A stretch of DNA of 56,486 bases from the NCBI GenBank assembly GCA_001775055.1, contig MFBU01000002.1:1-56486 (forward strand), given 5' to 3'. Positions 18,277 through 27,979 of this stretch are shown piece after piece (within the stretch, counting starts at the first letter, position 1; each line of letters begins with the position of its first letter). A model generated the notes under the pieces. That model was not told the DNA's origin. It saw only the letters and a list, made by a program, of their open reading frames with translations, and ran no database searches. The translations under genes and the position numbers were made by a program. The stretch comes from Candidatus Curtissbacteria bacterium RIFCSPLOWO2_02_41_11 (lineage in GTDB: Bacteria; Patescibacteriota; Microgenomatia; Curtissbacterales; GWA2-41-24).

Positions 18277-19821
18277 CTACTTATTCCTTGATCTTACAGC
18301 TCTTGATTCTCTAATTCGTCCTCGATAAACTTCACCACACCTTGCCAATACCTGATTAACTAATTCTACATAATCCTCAATCGATTTTCCTTTAGTTACC
18401 ATTTCACAAATTTTTAGAGCAGCAGATTCATTAACATAAAGTTCCAATGCGTCGTCCCCTATTCTTTTGGCTGCCTGATATAAAGGATAATCTGAGTTAA
18501 TCTTCAAAACCTGCCTACCAGTTTCTTGAACAACATCAGCTCGTTTATCAATTGCACCCATTGAGACAGGTTCCCAGCGGTCCAAAGCCCCCCAGCGTCT
18601 GACTGTTTCGCCAACAGTCGCATCCAAAGTCGGGGCAGTCGCCCCAGAAATTGCTTCGGGTGGGCGGTGGGTACCACCAGTTGGCACCTTAGGCTGAACA
18701 ACTCTTTTAGTAGGTGGCCGACGACCAGTTGATTCACCCGGTAATTCTCTTTTAGTAATTAAGCCCGTAGTTGCCAAAACATGTTCAAAGACTCTTTTGG
18801 CTCTTCTGGCAATATCTTTTTCATAACTTTCAACCGGACTTTTCTGTTCAATTCTTAGCTTAGCCAATTTCTCTATCCAGGGATTAAGAACGTCGTGAAT
18901 TCTTTTAGCGGCATTTTCCCATTGGGGACTACTGTGAATAAAGTTGGCTTTATTTGGCAAAACTGGGACAAAGTCCAAGTGGGCTTCCCCGATAAGCCTT
19001 GAAATCTGAGGCATTTGAGCAGGAGTAGGTTGACTAAAGAATTGTTCGTCTTCAATTAATCTGCCGCGGTAGTAACAGCGAATGCCGGGTTTTATTCTTT
19101 GAACTTCGGCAAGTATTCCAACTTTCAATTCTAGCCAATCACCGAATCTGGTCTGAACTCTAAGTATCTGCGGGCGCAAATTTGCCTCATCTTCGGCATA
19201 TTTAATTTCCAAAGGCTCGACCTTCTTGCCATTAAGTAAGATCGTAACCGAGCCATCTAAAAGTAAAGGCCGGTAAATATCGGCCAGTTTGGCTACCAAA
19301 GCTGGTGCATTGACTTCACGTTTGAGATTGGTGACCCTCGCTCTAAAATAACCTTCTTTGGCAACCGCTTTTCTTTCTTCCGGCTCAAACTCTTTCCATT
19401 CTCCTTCTCGTCTTGTTTCCCATTCAGGATCAAAAACTCGATACTCACTATCTGAACCTCTAGCCGAACAAACGACTTCCATACTCCTACCTAAAAACCC
19501 CATGGCTGCCTTACCGCCGACTCCATAAAAACCAATTTGGCCGGTGGTTTTCTCCGATTCACCCCAAGAGAAAAATTTCTCCAATCCTGCGGGATCCAAA
19601 CCCTCACCACCGCGATTAAAAACCACCAATTCATTTTTAGTTACTCTGACCCTGACCTCAAGCGGCTGATTTTCAATCCGGTTGTCGACAGCATTATCAA
19701 TTAATTCCAAAAAAGCCTGTTGAGCATCCCTGTAATTGGACATTAAAGCCTCAATCGCTCTGGTGGCGACCCGTTCTTTAATTGTCCATGGTCCTCGTCC
19801 TAGTCTATCTTCTGGGCTCAT
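18277..19821 (-). CDS. GHKL (MORC/Hsp90-like) ATPase
   Basis: ELIDNAVD, NRGGEGL and GFYGVGGK; S5-like YYRGRLI and PNKANF; C-terminal INSDYPLY. Confidence 0.85.
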   Translation of the reverse strand: MSPEDRLGRGPWTIKERVATRAIEALMSNYRDAQQAFLELIDNAVDNRIENQPLEVRVRVTKNELVVFNRGGEGLDPAGLEKFFSWGESEKTTGQIGFYGVGGKAAMGFLGRSMEVVCSARGSDSEYRVFDPEWETRREGEWKEFEPEERKAVAKEGYFRARVTNLKREVNAPALVAKLADIYRPLLLDGSVTILLNGKKVEPLEIKYAEDEANLRPQILRVQTRFGDWLELKVGILAEVQRIKPGIRCYYRGRLIEDEQFFSQPTPAQMPQISRLIGEAHLDFVPVLPNKANFIHSSPQWENAAKRIHDVLNPWIEKLAKLRIEQKSPVESYEKDIARRAKRVFEHVLATTGLITKRELPGESTGRRPPTKRVVQPKVPTGGTHRPPEAISGATAPTLDATVGETVRRWGALDRWEPVSMGAIDKRADVVQETGRQVLKINSDYPLYQAAKRIGDDALELYVNESAALKICEMVTKGKSIEDYVELVNQVLARCGEVYRGRIRESRAVRSRNK

Positions 19822-22009
19822 GTTTCCTCCTTACCCACTCAACTTCACGACCACTGCCAGAAGGATGATCACGATAAAATTGTCTGACTGAACGGTCAAT
19901 CTCCAGCCTTACCTTGCGTTTAAAGTCTTCAATGTCATAACCTGACCATCTTTGTTGAAGTAATTGGAGCCTTTCCCAAAGCTGCCTTTCTTCGACTGTC
20001 CAAGTTTCTTTCAAATGGGCAATTTCTGCCTCTTCTCTCATTTTGGTAAAAGCTGAGACAAACTTGTCTTTAAGTTCTTCTGCTCGATAGATAAAATAGA
20101 TTTTGTCGCCCAAAACCTGTCTGTCTCTTTCTTTTGAGTAAAGTTCTCTTTGAAGCTCTTCAAAGCGCAATCTGGGATTTACCGAAAGCATTGAAACAAT
20201 TACAGCCAAAAGCCGCGTTTCTTCTTTAGATCTTTTTTCCTCCTCAGTTGGTTCATAAGGTTTAACAATTACTTCAGGTGGTTGAACTTCAGCCGGTTCA
20301 ACAACTGGCACTGCTGCTTCCGGTAAGGGTGCTTCTTCAATAACTAGCGCAACTTCTTCGATTACAGGAGCTTCTTCGCCCGTTGGCACCGCTTCCACCT
20401 GTTTAGTAATTTTTTCCAGATAGTAAGCTCCTAATTCACCTTGAATCCTTTCACCGCCAACAGTATTAACAATTTGCCAATTGAAGGGCTTTAGAAATTT
20501 CCTTAGATTTGACATCATTCTCCAGATCAGCGCTTGGTTTGTTTCGCTATAAACTCCATATAATGCCTCAGATATCTTATCAGTTTGAACTGGATTTTCT
20601 TTTGAAGTCTTAGCTAAACTTTCTAATGCTCTAGCTCTTAATTTACCTCGAATTTCAATAATTTGCCCATCAGGAAGGGTGACTTCAAAAACTTGATGGG
20701 ATTCTTTGTATCTTTTGGTTTTTTCAACTTCACCCACAAACTCAACTTGAGCATTAAGACGGTAGGTGATCTTACCTCCAGGTCGAGAGGAAATTATCAA
20801 TTGTGGGTTTTTGGGATCAAATTCGAGAATTCTCTTTATACTATCAACAACATCTCTAGCAGGGTATTTTGCTTTCGAACCAACTCCTCTGGCAATTCTT
20901 GCAATTTCACTCCAAAGAATATCCTTATTTTGATTCTTTGCCAAATGATTAAACACTTCCCAATTAATGCGGCCACTAATTTTTACGGTTCTTCCATCAA
21001 TTGTCACCTCTCTTGTTTCTTGATCGATTCGCAAGGTTGGTAGTCTCTTTTCAACTTCTTCTACCCTTGAAATGGGTTTTTCCTTAACTGTTTCTGATCT
21101 GGTTTCTTCAGGCCAAACTACATTAACGTTTTGTAGCAAATACCAAGAACCCCCACTTTTATTTCCTGAACTTACTAAAATATCTCCCCATTCGGGTGAA
21201 TTTATTCTCTCTCTTAATCTTTTGACCTTGTCACTTAAGAAAGTTTCGCGTGGAGTCGGATTAGCGAAAGCTTCTTGAGAAAGTCTACGCGTTGGAATTT
21301 TTTGGCCAACACTTCTTGCTAAAACTTGTAAAACTTTCAATTGTTTATCGGCTAGCTTAATTCTTCTCCCGGCAAGTTCAATCTGATTTTGTCCTGTAAA
21401 AAATCTAAGGATGGGTTTTTCAACTTCCTCTACCGCTTGTGGTTTTTCTTCAACCGGCGCCAGATAATATTTAGACTCATTTCCTTTGCGAAACTCACCG
21501 TGTGGCGTTAAATCAACAATTCTCCAACCAGCGTCCTGAAGTTTTCTGCGGATTCTTGAAAGAATAACTGATAGTCTATTTTTGGTTACAGCTATAGAAA
21601 CTTTCTTATCATAAACTGTTTTTGCTATTTCAGAGCTTGTTAATGCTTCATCTGGACTAAAATGAAGTCTTGAAAGAATTTGCTTTTCTTTTGCACTTAG
21701 ATCAGCTACCTTTCCACCATCAGGAAAGACGAAATCTCTCCCAATCTCTACCTCAATTCTTGGTAGAACGGAAGGGATGACAGTTGGCGCTACTGCTTCT
21801 TTTAGTACCGGGGCTCGACGTGCTTGTAGACCTTGAGCAATTTCAGATTCTGACCTTTTTGTCCAAATTTCATCAACCTTGGTTTTGGCAATAGTAATTT
21901 CGACCTCCACGCCTTCTTCCTTGGCTTTCCGCCATTGCCAACGGGTAACAGCTAAATCATGTAAATATTTATCAGCAACGGTTGCAAAAGTTTTTTCTCG
22001 CTCAGCCAT
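19805..22009 (-). CDS. large protein with four OmpR/PhoB-type winged-helix domains and no receiver domain
   Basis: four ~90-aa repeats at about aa 93-183, 200-292, 326-418 and 440-531 (e.g. LSVILSRIRRKL, VKRLRERI, EFDPKNPQLI, MSNLRKFL), each ending in a Y-x-L wing. Confidence 0.75.
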   Translation of the reverse strand: MAEREKTFATVADKYLHDLAVTRWQWRKAKEEGVEVEITIAKTKVDEIWTKRSESEIAQGLQARRAPVLKEAVAPTVIPSVLPRIEVEIGRDFVFPDGGKVADLSAKEKQILSRLHFSPDEALTSSEIAKTVYDKKVSIAVTKNRLSVILSRIRRKLQDAGWRIVDLTPHGEFRKGNESKYYLAPVEEKPQAVEEVEKPILRFFTGQNQIELAGRRIKLADKQLKVLQVLARSVGQKIPTRRLSQEAFANPTPRETFLSDKVKRLRERINSPEWGDILVSSGNKSGGSWYLLQNVNVVWPEETRSETVKEKPISRVEEVEKRLPTLRIDQETREVTIDGRTVKISGRINWEVFNHLAKNQNKDILWSEIARIARGVGSKAKYPARDVVDSIKRILEFDPKNPQLIISSRPGGKITYRLNAQVEFVGEVEKTKRYKESHQVFEVTLPDGQIIEIRGKLRARALESLAKTSKENPVQTDKISEALYGVYSETNQALIWRMMSNLRKFLKPFNWQIVNTVGGERIQGELGAYYLEKITKQVEAVPTGEEAPVIEEVALVIEEAPLPEAAVPVVEPAEVQPPEVIVKPYEPTEEEKRSKEETRLLAVIVSMLSVNPRLRFEELQRELYSKERDRQVLGDKIYFIYRAEELKDKFVSAFTKMREEAEIAHLKETWTVEERQLWERLQLLQQRWSGYDIEDFKRKVRLEIDRSVRQFYRDHPSGSGREVEWVRRKHEPRR

Positions 22010-24084
22010 TATTTTGCCCCCTTATGGTTGTTATTATGACCACCCAAAAATTTCTTCCGTTGTTCAACTGTTGCCCAACGGGGAAGATTGCGCATCAACG
22101 GGTTAATAAATACCCGATGAATATCTTCAAGCATTAACTCATTACCATCAAAGCGGGCAATTTGTGACCAGATTTTCTGCCAGCCTTCGGGTAATCGGGC
22201 AAAAATTGAACTTTGCAAAAAGCGTTGTAAGGTTGGGGCTTTGGTTAGCCGCCATTGGGCTTTCATTTGGTCATAAGCCTTTTGCAGATCACGCCTGATT
22301 CGTTCTTCTTGGACGTCAAGTTGTTTGTTAACGCCACTTTTTGGCCTTGAGTGACGACCAAAGATTGCATGGCGTAGATTATTAATGGCCGGATACATCA
22401 ATTTCCCCCTCTCATCAAAGTTAAATACTTGAGTTAAAGTTTTCATATATCTTTCATTGGCTGCCGAGCCAAACTCTCGATCTTCGCGAATTTCCACCGG
22501 TTTGATCTCGATGGCCTGAGGTGGAGCAGCCTCTTCAGCAGTGGTATCAGTTGAAACAAATTCATCAACATTTCGGATCAAAAAGTCATAAAGCTTTTCG
22601 AGCTGTTCACTACTAAATTGTTCAAGATCAAGCGAAATAGCAAAAGCTTCTATCAAGTGGTCGTGGGCGTTAAGAACTTTATTTAAGTGGCCTTGATCAA
22701 CAACTGTTCTTAATTTAGCCAGAATCTCACGCCTTTGGTTTTCTAAATCAGTTTTTTGTTCCGATGTTAAATTGACAAAATCGCCAGTTAAATCTTTTTC
22801 CAGTTCTTTAAGGCTTGGGAAGTTAATTCTGCCCCTTGAGAGTAGAGCTTTCTTTTGGACAAAATTAGCTGCCAAAATTCTAATTTCCTCATCGGAAAAT
22901 TCAGGGACTGTGACTGCCTCTTCTTCCTTTGGGAAAAAACGCTGGTGAATCCACTCTCGAAACTGCTTGGCATCCGCAATGCCAAATTGCCCAACCACTT
23001 CTTGAGCTTGAAGCCATAAGCTCTCTTCAATGTCAGTTAACGTCTGTTGTTCGGCTCGCCGGTAAAGTTTGGTGATCTGGCCCGTCATCCAAAATTCACC
23101 ACCCCTGACCGTGTAAGGACTGCCATCAGTCTTTGGTCCCATAAATTCAACCCATTGATCAGCGCTTCCCTGAGGGTTTTCCAATAACCAGCGTAGTCCT
23201 TTAACGCTTGGAGCACCAAGAGGAATTGTATCGATTTTTTTGACTACTTCAGAAAAATCGGCATTGATAAAATTTTCCAGTTTGTAAAGGGCACCGTGTC
23301 TTCCGACTCGTCTTAAGAGAAGAAATCTTGGGTTTTTGGGATCAAGTTCTATTTTGCTCCTTAAATTCCAAACAATTGTGTGCAAGGCATACCCGACCGC
23401 TTGAATCTCAGGTTGGCAAATAATTTGCTGTCTTTCAACTTCTTGACCTTGGACATTTGCCAAAATTGTTAATAGGCGCCTTTCAGCTTGATTAAGTTTT
23501 TTTCTTCGGCCGGCAATTTCAACTTGACCTGTTCTTGGATCAAAAAGCAATTGCGGCAGCGCTTCCTCTTCTGGTACCGTCCTAATCTCTAATTTTCTAG
23601 GCGCTTCTTCGATAACTGACGGTTTTTCTTCTTTTTGCTCGCGCTCGGCAATGATTCTCTGGCCTAAAGCGATGTCCAAGTCTTGGTCAGCTTGAGTCAG
23701 GAAAGTTTGGTATTCTTGTTGGCGTGACTTGAGAAGTTGGGAAGGGTAATCACCAGCAGTAGCTGCTCTTTCAAAAAGAGCCAGTCTTTCTTCCCAGAGT
23801 TGCTTTTCGTCATTAAAACGCTTGGCTTTAGCCACCAATTCTTCTTGGCGACTGATTTGATTAATTTTGTCGGTAATTTCCTCAGCTTCAACTATGGAAA
23901 TAATTGAGTGGTCACGTACCCTGGCTTTAAAGTCCAAAATGCGTTCATCCATTGCAATTGATTGACCAAACCTGACCTGACCATCGAATCCTGCTCTGTT
24001 GGCAATAGATTGTCGAGAAGCAATACGCTTATCAAGCTGTTCTCTTCTCTGTTGTAATAGCTGTAAATCTTGTTCTTTTGGCAT
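22009..24084 (-). CDS. large helical protein with one OmpR/PhoB-type winged-helix domain
   Basis: aa ~179-269 FDPRTGQVEIAGRRKKLNQAE...VWNLRSKIELDPKNPRFL...YKL; coiled-coil N-terminus; TAATG coupling to the next gene. Confidence 0.75.
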   Translation of the reverse strand: MPKEQDLQLLQQRREQLDKRIASRQSIANRAGFDGQVRFGQSIAMDERILDFKARVRDHSIISIVEAEEITDKINQISRQEELVAKAKRFNDEKQLWEERLALFERAATAGDYPSQLLKSRQQEYQTFLTQADQDLDIALGQRIIAEREQKEEKPSVIEEAPRKLEIRTVPEEEALPQLLFDPRTGQVEIAGRRKKLNQAERRLLTILANVQGQEVERQQIICQPEIQAVGYALHTIVWNLRSKIELDPKNPRFLLLRRVGRHGALYKLENFINADFSEVVKKIDTIPLGAPSVKGLRWLLENPQGSADQWVEFMGPKTDGSPYTVRGGEFWMTGQITKLYRRAEQQTLTDIEESLWLQAQEVVGQFGIADAKQFREWIHQRFFPKEEEAVTVPEFSDEEIRILAANFVQKKALLSRGRINFPSLKELEKDLTGDFVNLTSEQKTDLENQRREILAKLRTVVDQGHLNKVLNAHDHLIEAFAISLDLEQFSSEQLEKLYDFLIRNVDEFVSTDTTAEEAAPPQAIEIKPVEIREDREFGSAANERYMKTLTQVFNFDERGKLMYPAINNLRHAIFGRHSRPKSGVNKQLDVQEERIRRDLQKAYDQMKAQWRLTKAPTLQRFLQSSIFARLPEGWQKIWSQIARFDGNELMLEDIHRVFINPLMRNLPRWATVEQRKKFLGGHNNNHKGAK

Positions 24085-24120
24085 TTTTCAATCCAATAAA
24101 AATAGACAGGAACAGGGCGC

Positions 24121-24149
24121 ATTTAAACATATTGAGTGGAATTTGTCAA
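24121..24149 (-). promoter_or_regulatory. putative sigma70 promoter of the wHTH/GHKL operon
   Basis: TTGACA-17 nt-TTAAAT with a TG extension. Confidence 0.5.
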
Positions 24150-24171
24150 CCCTATAGTTGAGGAACTCTTA

Positions 24172-25287
24172 TTATTCTCCCGAGGCTTCGCCGAGGGTCG
24201 CGGTAAAATCCAAAGTCTGCCCATCGCGATATACTCGAATTTTAACGCTGTCACCGACCTTTTTATTGCGAATTATTTTATTTAAGCTATTATCATCGGT
24301 TAATTTCTGGCCATCAAATTGAGTCACAATATCACCGACTTTAACCCCGGCGCGCTCTGCAGCCGAACCGGCAACGACCTCGCGCACCAGCTCCCCCTCC
24401 GGAACTTCATTTAAAAGAGCCGTATCGCGCGAAATATGTGTATAGCGAATACCTAAAAACGGCCGGGAAATTTTTCCGCCGGATTTAGTGAAATCTTCCA
24501 TTAACTGTTTGGCGATGTTAACTTTGATGGCAAAACCAATATTTTCAGCGCTGGCTACTGCTGTATTAATCCCAATCACCTGACCGGCAGAATTAACCAG
24601 CGGACCGCCGGAATTACCGGGATTAATCGCCGCATCGGTTTGAATCAGATCCTCAAGCCTTTCGGCAACACCTGTTGCCGGATCAACCGGCGATACCCCC
24701 CGCCCAAGTCCGGAAACTACTCCCGTAGTCACCGTATTCTCAAATTGACCAAGTGCATTACCGATAGCAATCACTTTTTGTCCGACTTTAAGATTATCTG
24801 AATCTCCGATTTCAACCGGTTTTAAATCACCGGCATCGACCCGAACCAAGGCCAGATCGTTAAACGGATCCCGATTAATTTCTTTGATTGTTAGTTTCTT
24901 TTCTGGACCCGAATTTTCCCGAATTATGGCAATATAAGTTGCCCCTTTTTCCGAAACCACATGCTTGTTAGTTAAAATTAGTCCGTCTTTGGAAACAACA
25001 AAGCCTGTACCAATTCCGGATTGTTTTTCCTTCGGTTGTTGCAGCCCAAAAAACGGGTTGAAAAACGGCCGGTTTTCAACGGCTATTGAAACAACCGAGG
25101 GCGAAACTTTCTCTACAACATCAATGACAACCGATTCTTCCTCAATCAATTTTTGCGTCTGCTTAATCTGTTCCTTTTCATTACGTGTCTCGGGTAATTT
25201 CTGACCGATTATCCTGCCCACGGCAATGGCGCTGACTATCCAAAGAGCAATTACTATCAAAATTAGGCTGATTCTTTTAACTTTCAC
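24172..25287 (-). CDS. htrA: HtrA/DegP-like serine protease with PDZ domain
   Basis: LTNKHVV, DLAL, QTDAAINPGNSGGPL; one PDZ domain. Confidence 0.95.
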   Translation of the reverse strand: MKVKRISLILIVIALWIVSAIAVGRIIGQKLPETRNEKEQIKQTQKLIEEESVVIDVVEKVSPSVVSIAVENRPFFNPFFGLQQPKEKQSGIGTGFVVSKDGLILTNKHVVSEKGATYIAIIRENSGPEKKLTIKEINRDPFNDLALVRVDAGDLKPVEIGDSDNLKVGQKVIAIGNALGQFENTVTTGVVSGLGRGVSPVDPATGVAERLEDLIQTDAAINPGNSGGPLVNSAGQVIGINTAVASAENIGFAIKVNIAKQLMEDFTKSGGKISRPFLGIRYTHISRDTALLNEVPEGELVREVVAGSAAERAGVKVGDIVTQFDGQKLTDDNSLNKIIRNKKVGDSVKIRVYRDGQTLDFTATLGEASGE

Positions 25288-26555
25288 TTACTTATGATTT
25301 CTAAGGCTTTATCAAGCTGCGGGTCTTCTTTTTGTTCTTCCTGATCTTGTTGCGGAAATTCAATTATAAAATCAGGTGTAATTCCAACTGCAGAAATTGA
25401 CTTTCCGCGCGGGGTTAGCCATTTGGCAATGGTAATATGCAAGCCCGAACCGCCGGCAAAATCAACAACATCCTGAACTGTACCCTTACCAAAGGTTTTC
25501 TCGCCGACAATTTTAGCGCGATTGGCATCTTGTATTGCTCCGGCAAATATTTCGGAGGCAGATGCCGATCCTGCGTTAACCAAAACCGTAAGCGGTATTT
25601 TCAAAAGTTTGCCTTCATGATCGGCTGCCAAGGGTTCCACATTTCCGTCGGCAAATTCCTGTCTAACTACTGTCCCACGGATAAAATCACTAGCCAGATG
25701 AACTGCTGATGACAAAAGTCCTCCCGGATTATTTCTCATATCAACAACAACTCCCATGACTTTTCTTGCCAGAATATCGGAAACTGCCATGTCCCACTCG
25801 CTGTCTGTCTGGTCACCGAATCTGGTAACTTTAATAACGGCAATTTCTCCTTTTTGCTCATTTTTAAATTCAACTTCAACGCTTTTGACGGAAATTTTTG
25901 CCCTCTCGATTTCAAGCTCTTGCGGTTTTTCTTGACCTTCGTGCAAAAGCTCCAATTTAACGGAAGTTCCGGCCGGACCACGGATCAAATCAACAGCCTC
26001 CGGCAGAGTTAAATCAAAAGTATCCCGCTCATCAATTCTTAAAATCAAGTCTTTGGCGCGAACATTCGCCTTTTGGGCCGGAGTACCGGAAAGTGGTGCA
26101 ATCACTACCAACCGTTTGTCTTTGTTAAATCCAATCTGGATACCTACCCCTTCATAAACACCGGAAAGATCCGCCTTGATCGCCTCGTTTTGTTTGGGAT
26201 CCAAAAAAGCGGTGTAGGGATCGCCAAGCGAGCGAACCATGCCGGAAATTGCTCCGTACAAAAGTTTTTGGCCTTCAAAGGCGCTCTTGTCTATATATTT
26301 TTGAGGTAAAGTTTCAAAAACCTGCCAAAAAAGTGAGAAGTCAATATTTTGATTCTTGGGGGGAAGCTGATTAGTTACGGTAATCTGCGGAACAAAACCC
26401 CTTTTGACAACTTCAATTCGCCTCTGGCCAACAGCAAATCCAATCGCAAAAAAGATAACCGCAATTACCAAAAACTGCAAAAAAAAGTTAAAAATCGGAT
26501 TTTTACTATTTCTAATATTATTTTGAGGGTTGGGTAGGGTTTGGTCTTGAGGCAT
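25284..26555 (-). CDS. ctpA: S41 C-terminal processing peptidase
   Basis: DPYT, DMRNNPGG, SASASEI and KTFGKG motifs. Confidence 0.95.
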   Translation of the reverse strand: MPQDQTLPNPQNNIRNSKNPIFNFFLQFLVIAVIFFAIGFAVGQRRIEVVKRGFVPQITVTNQLPPKNQNIDFSLFWQVFETLPQKYIDKSAFEGQKLLYGAISGMVRSLGDPYTAFLDPKQNEAIKADLSGVYEGVGIQIGFNKDKRLVVIAPLSGTPAQKANVRAKDLILRIDERDTFDLTLPEAVDLIRGPAGTSVKLELLHEGQEKPQELEIERAKISVKSVEVEFKNEQKGEIAVIKVTRFGDQTDSEWDMAVSDILARKVMGVVVDMRNNPGGLLSSAVHLASDFIRGTVVRQEFADGNVEPLAADHEGKLLKIPLTVLVNAGSASASEIFAGAIQDANRAKIVGEKTFGKGTVQDVVDFAGGSGLHITIAKWLTPRGKSISAVGITPDFIIEFPQQDQEEQKEDPQLDKALEIISK

Positions 26556-26561
26556 AAAAAG

Positions 26562-26777
26562 TTATCTTTGGCTAAACGGCAAAAGGGCCATATATCTTGC
26601 CCTTTTAATACTTCTGGTCAAAGCTCTTTGATGCTTGGCACAAAGTCCGCTGATTGCCCTTCCTAAAATTTTACCGCGCTCGGAAATATACTTTCTAAGA
26701 AGCGCTACATCTTTATAGTCAACAACTTGACTTTGCGCACAAATCGGGCACTTTTTAGATCGACGCAATCTTCTCAT
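26562..26777 (-). CDS. rpsR: 30S ribosomal protein S18
   Basis: [15 protein letters not shown]...CAKHQR...IKRAR.MALLP. Confidence 0.97.
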   Translation of the reverse strand: MRRLRRSKKCPICAQSQVVDYKDVALLRKYISERGKILGRAISGLCAKHQRALTRSIKRARYMALLPFSQR

Positions 26778-26816
26778 ATCTGGACAAAATCAGAGGAGCA
26801 CCATAAATTTTAAAAA

Positions 26817-27413
26817 TTAAAAAGGCAAATCATCAAGATCTATCTTTTCTTCTTCCTCTTTAATTTCGCCGCTTACCTTGCTTTTCTCCTCTTTTGCACC
26901 TTTCGTCTTCTTGGCCGTTTTGCCTCTTGATTTCAAATCCCCCTTCGCCGCTATATCATCCTGGCTCTCTTTCGAAGCGCCACTTGCTTCGTCAACTTTT
27001 GCACCCGCATCAACCGGCGCTTCCGGCACCTGACCAGTAATATCTTCACCCGCAGATGCTTCTTCAAAAGTGCGTCTAGAATCCAGAATTCTCATGTCGT
27101 CAATAACAACTTCCGTTGTCTGGCGGCTCTGCCCGTCCGGTGTTTCCCAGCTTCGTGTTTGCAGCCTTCCTTCCACATAAACTTTTCTGCCTTTGGAAAG
27201 AAGCTGCGAACAAAGTTCTGCCAGCTTATTCCAGGAAACAATCCTTGTAAATTCTGCTTCTTCTTTTTTGGTACCGTCGGAAGCCACATAAACGCGGTTG
27301 GTAGCCAGACCAAACGTACAAACTGCCGCGCCCGAAGGCGTGTAGCGAAGTTCCGGATCGCGAGTCAGATTACCGATTAGTAATACTTTATTCAACGAAG
27401 CCCTTGAAGCCAT
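26817..27413 (-). CDS. ssb: single-stranded DNA-binding protein
   Basis: LNKVLLIGNLTRDPELRYTPSG; C-terminal DDLPF. Confidence 0.97.
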   Translation of the reverse strand: MASRASLNKVLLIGNLTRDPELRYTPSGAAVCTFGLATNRVYVASDGTKKEEAEFTRIVSWNKLAELCSQLLSKGRKVYVEGRLQTRSWETPDGQSRQTTEVVIDDMRILDSRRTFEEASAGEDITGQVPEAPVDAGAKVDEASGASKESQDDIAAKGDLKSRGKTAKKTKGAKEEKSKVSGEIKEEEEKIDLDDLPF

Positions 27414-27896
27414 TTATTTTTTCTTGACTGTACCTTTCACCTTTTTCTTTGCTTCTGTTTTTATCCCTTTTGAATCTTGTGATACTTTTGATACCTGTGA
27501 TACCTTTGTTGCTGTTTTAACAGCAGTCTTAGTTGTGACAATTACTTTCGCCTTTGGTTTTTCTTCTTTAACTTTCTTATCTACAGTTGACTCTTCCGAT
27601 ACTCTTGATACTCTTGATACCCTTGGTACTCTTAATATAAGATACCGCAATATCGCCTCTCTCTCAAGTCTCAACATTTTGGAGATGACATCGATTGCTT
27701 CTGGCGGCGCTTCAAAGTTGAAAAGGACATACTCTCCCTCCTGTTGCTTGGCAATCGGGTAAGCTAAGACCTTTTTGCCAAGCTTTTCGACTTTTAAATT
27801 GGAAGCTTCGGCCTCTTTAACCGATTTTTCGATTTTTGCCAAAATCGGATCAGTACTCGAAACGGCAGTTGTCACCACCATCAATTCATAATTCAT
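27414..27896 (-). CDS. rpsF: 30S ribosomal protein S6 with Lys-rich repeat tail
   Basis: MNYELMVV, LGKKVLAYPI and ILRYL motifs; rpsF-ssb-rpsR synteny. Confidence 0.93.
   Translation of the reverse strand: MNYELMVVTTAVSSTDPILAKIEKSVKEAEASNLKVEKLGKKVLAYPIAKQQEGEYVLFNFEAPPEAIDVISKMLRLEREAILRYLILRVPRVSRVSRVSEESTVDKKVKEEKPKAKVIVTTKTAVKTATKVSQVSKVSQDSKGIKTEAKKKVKGTVKKK
27481..27633. repeat. two 9-mer tandem arrays (GATACTCTT-like) inside rpsF
   Basis: 27481-27508 and 27598-27633, encoding KVSQVSKVSQ and RVPRVSRVSRVS. Confidence 0.8.
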
Positions 27897-27979
27897 AGAC
27901 TTAATCTTACCTCAATCTGACTCACCCTAGCTCTTTCCAAGAAAGGTCGGGGCAATCTGTTGATATTCCAACAATCATA

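Noticed and set aside
18277-24084. Two-component system (OmpR regulators plus a kinase)
   Set aside because: No receiver domain or H-box; the ATPase is N-terminal with MORC-like S5 motifs
26789-26802. 13/14-nt match (ATCAGAGGAGCRCC) between the rpsR upstream region and the yebC hairpin
   Set aside because: A match this short is expected by chance in 56 kb and the hairpin partner is absent; not excluded as a repeat relic
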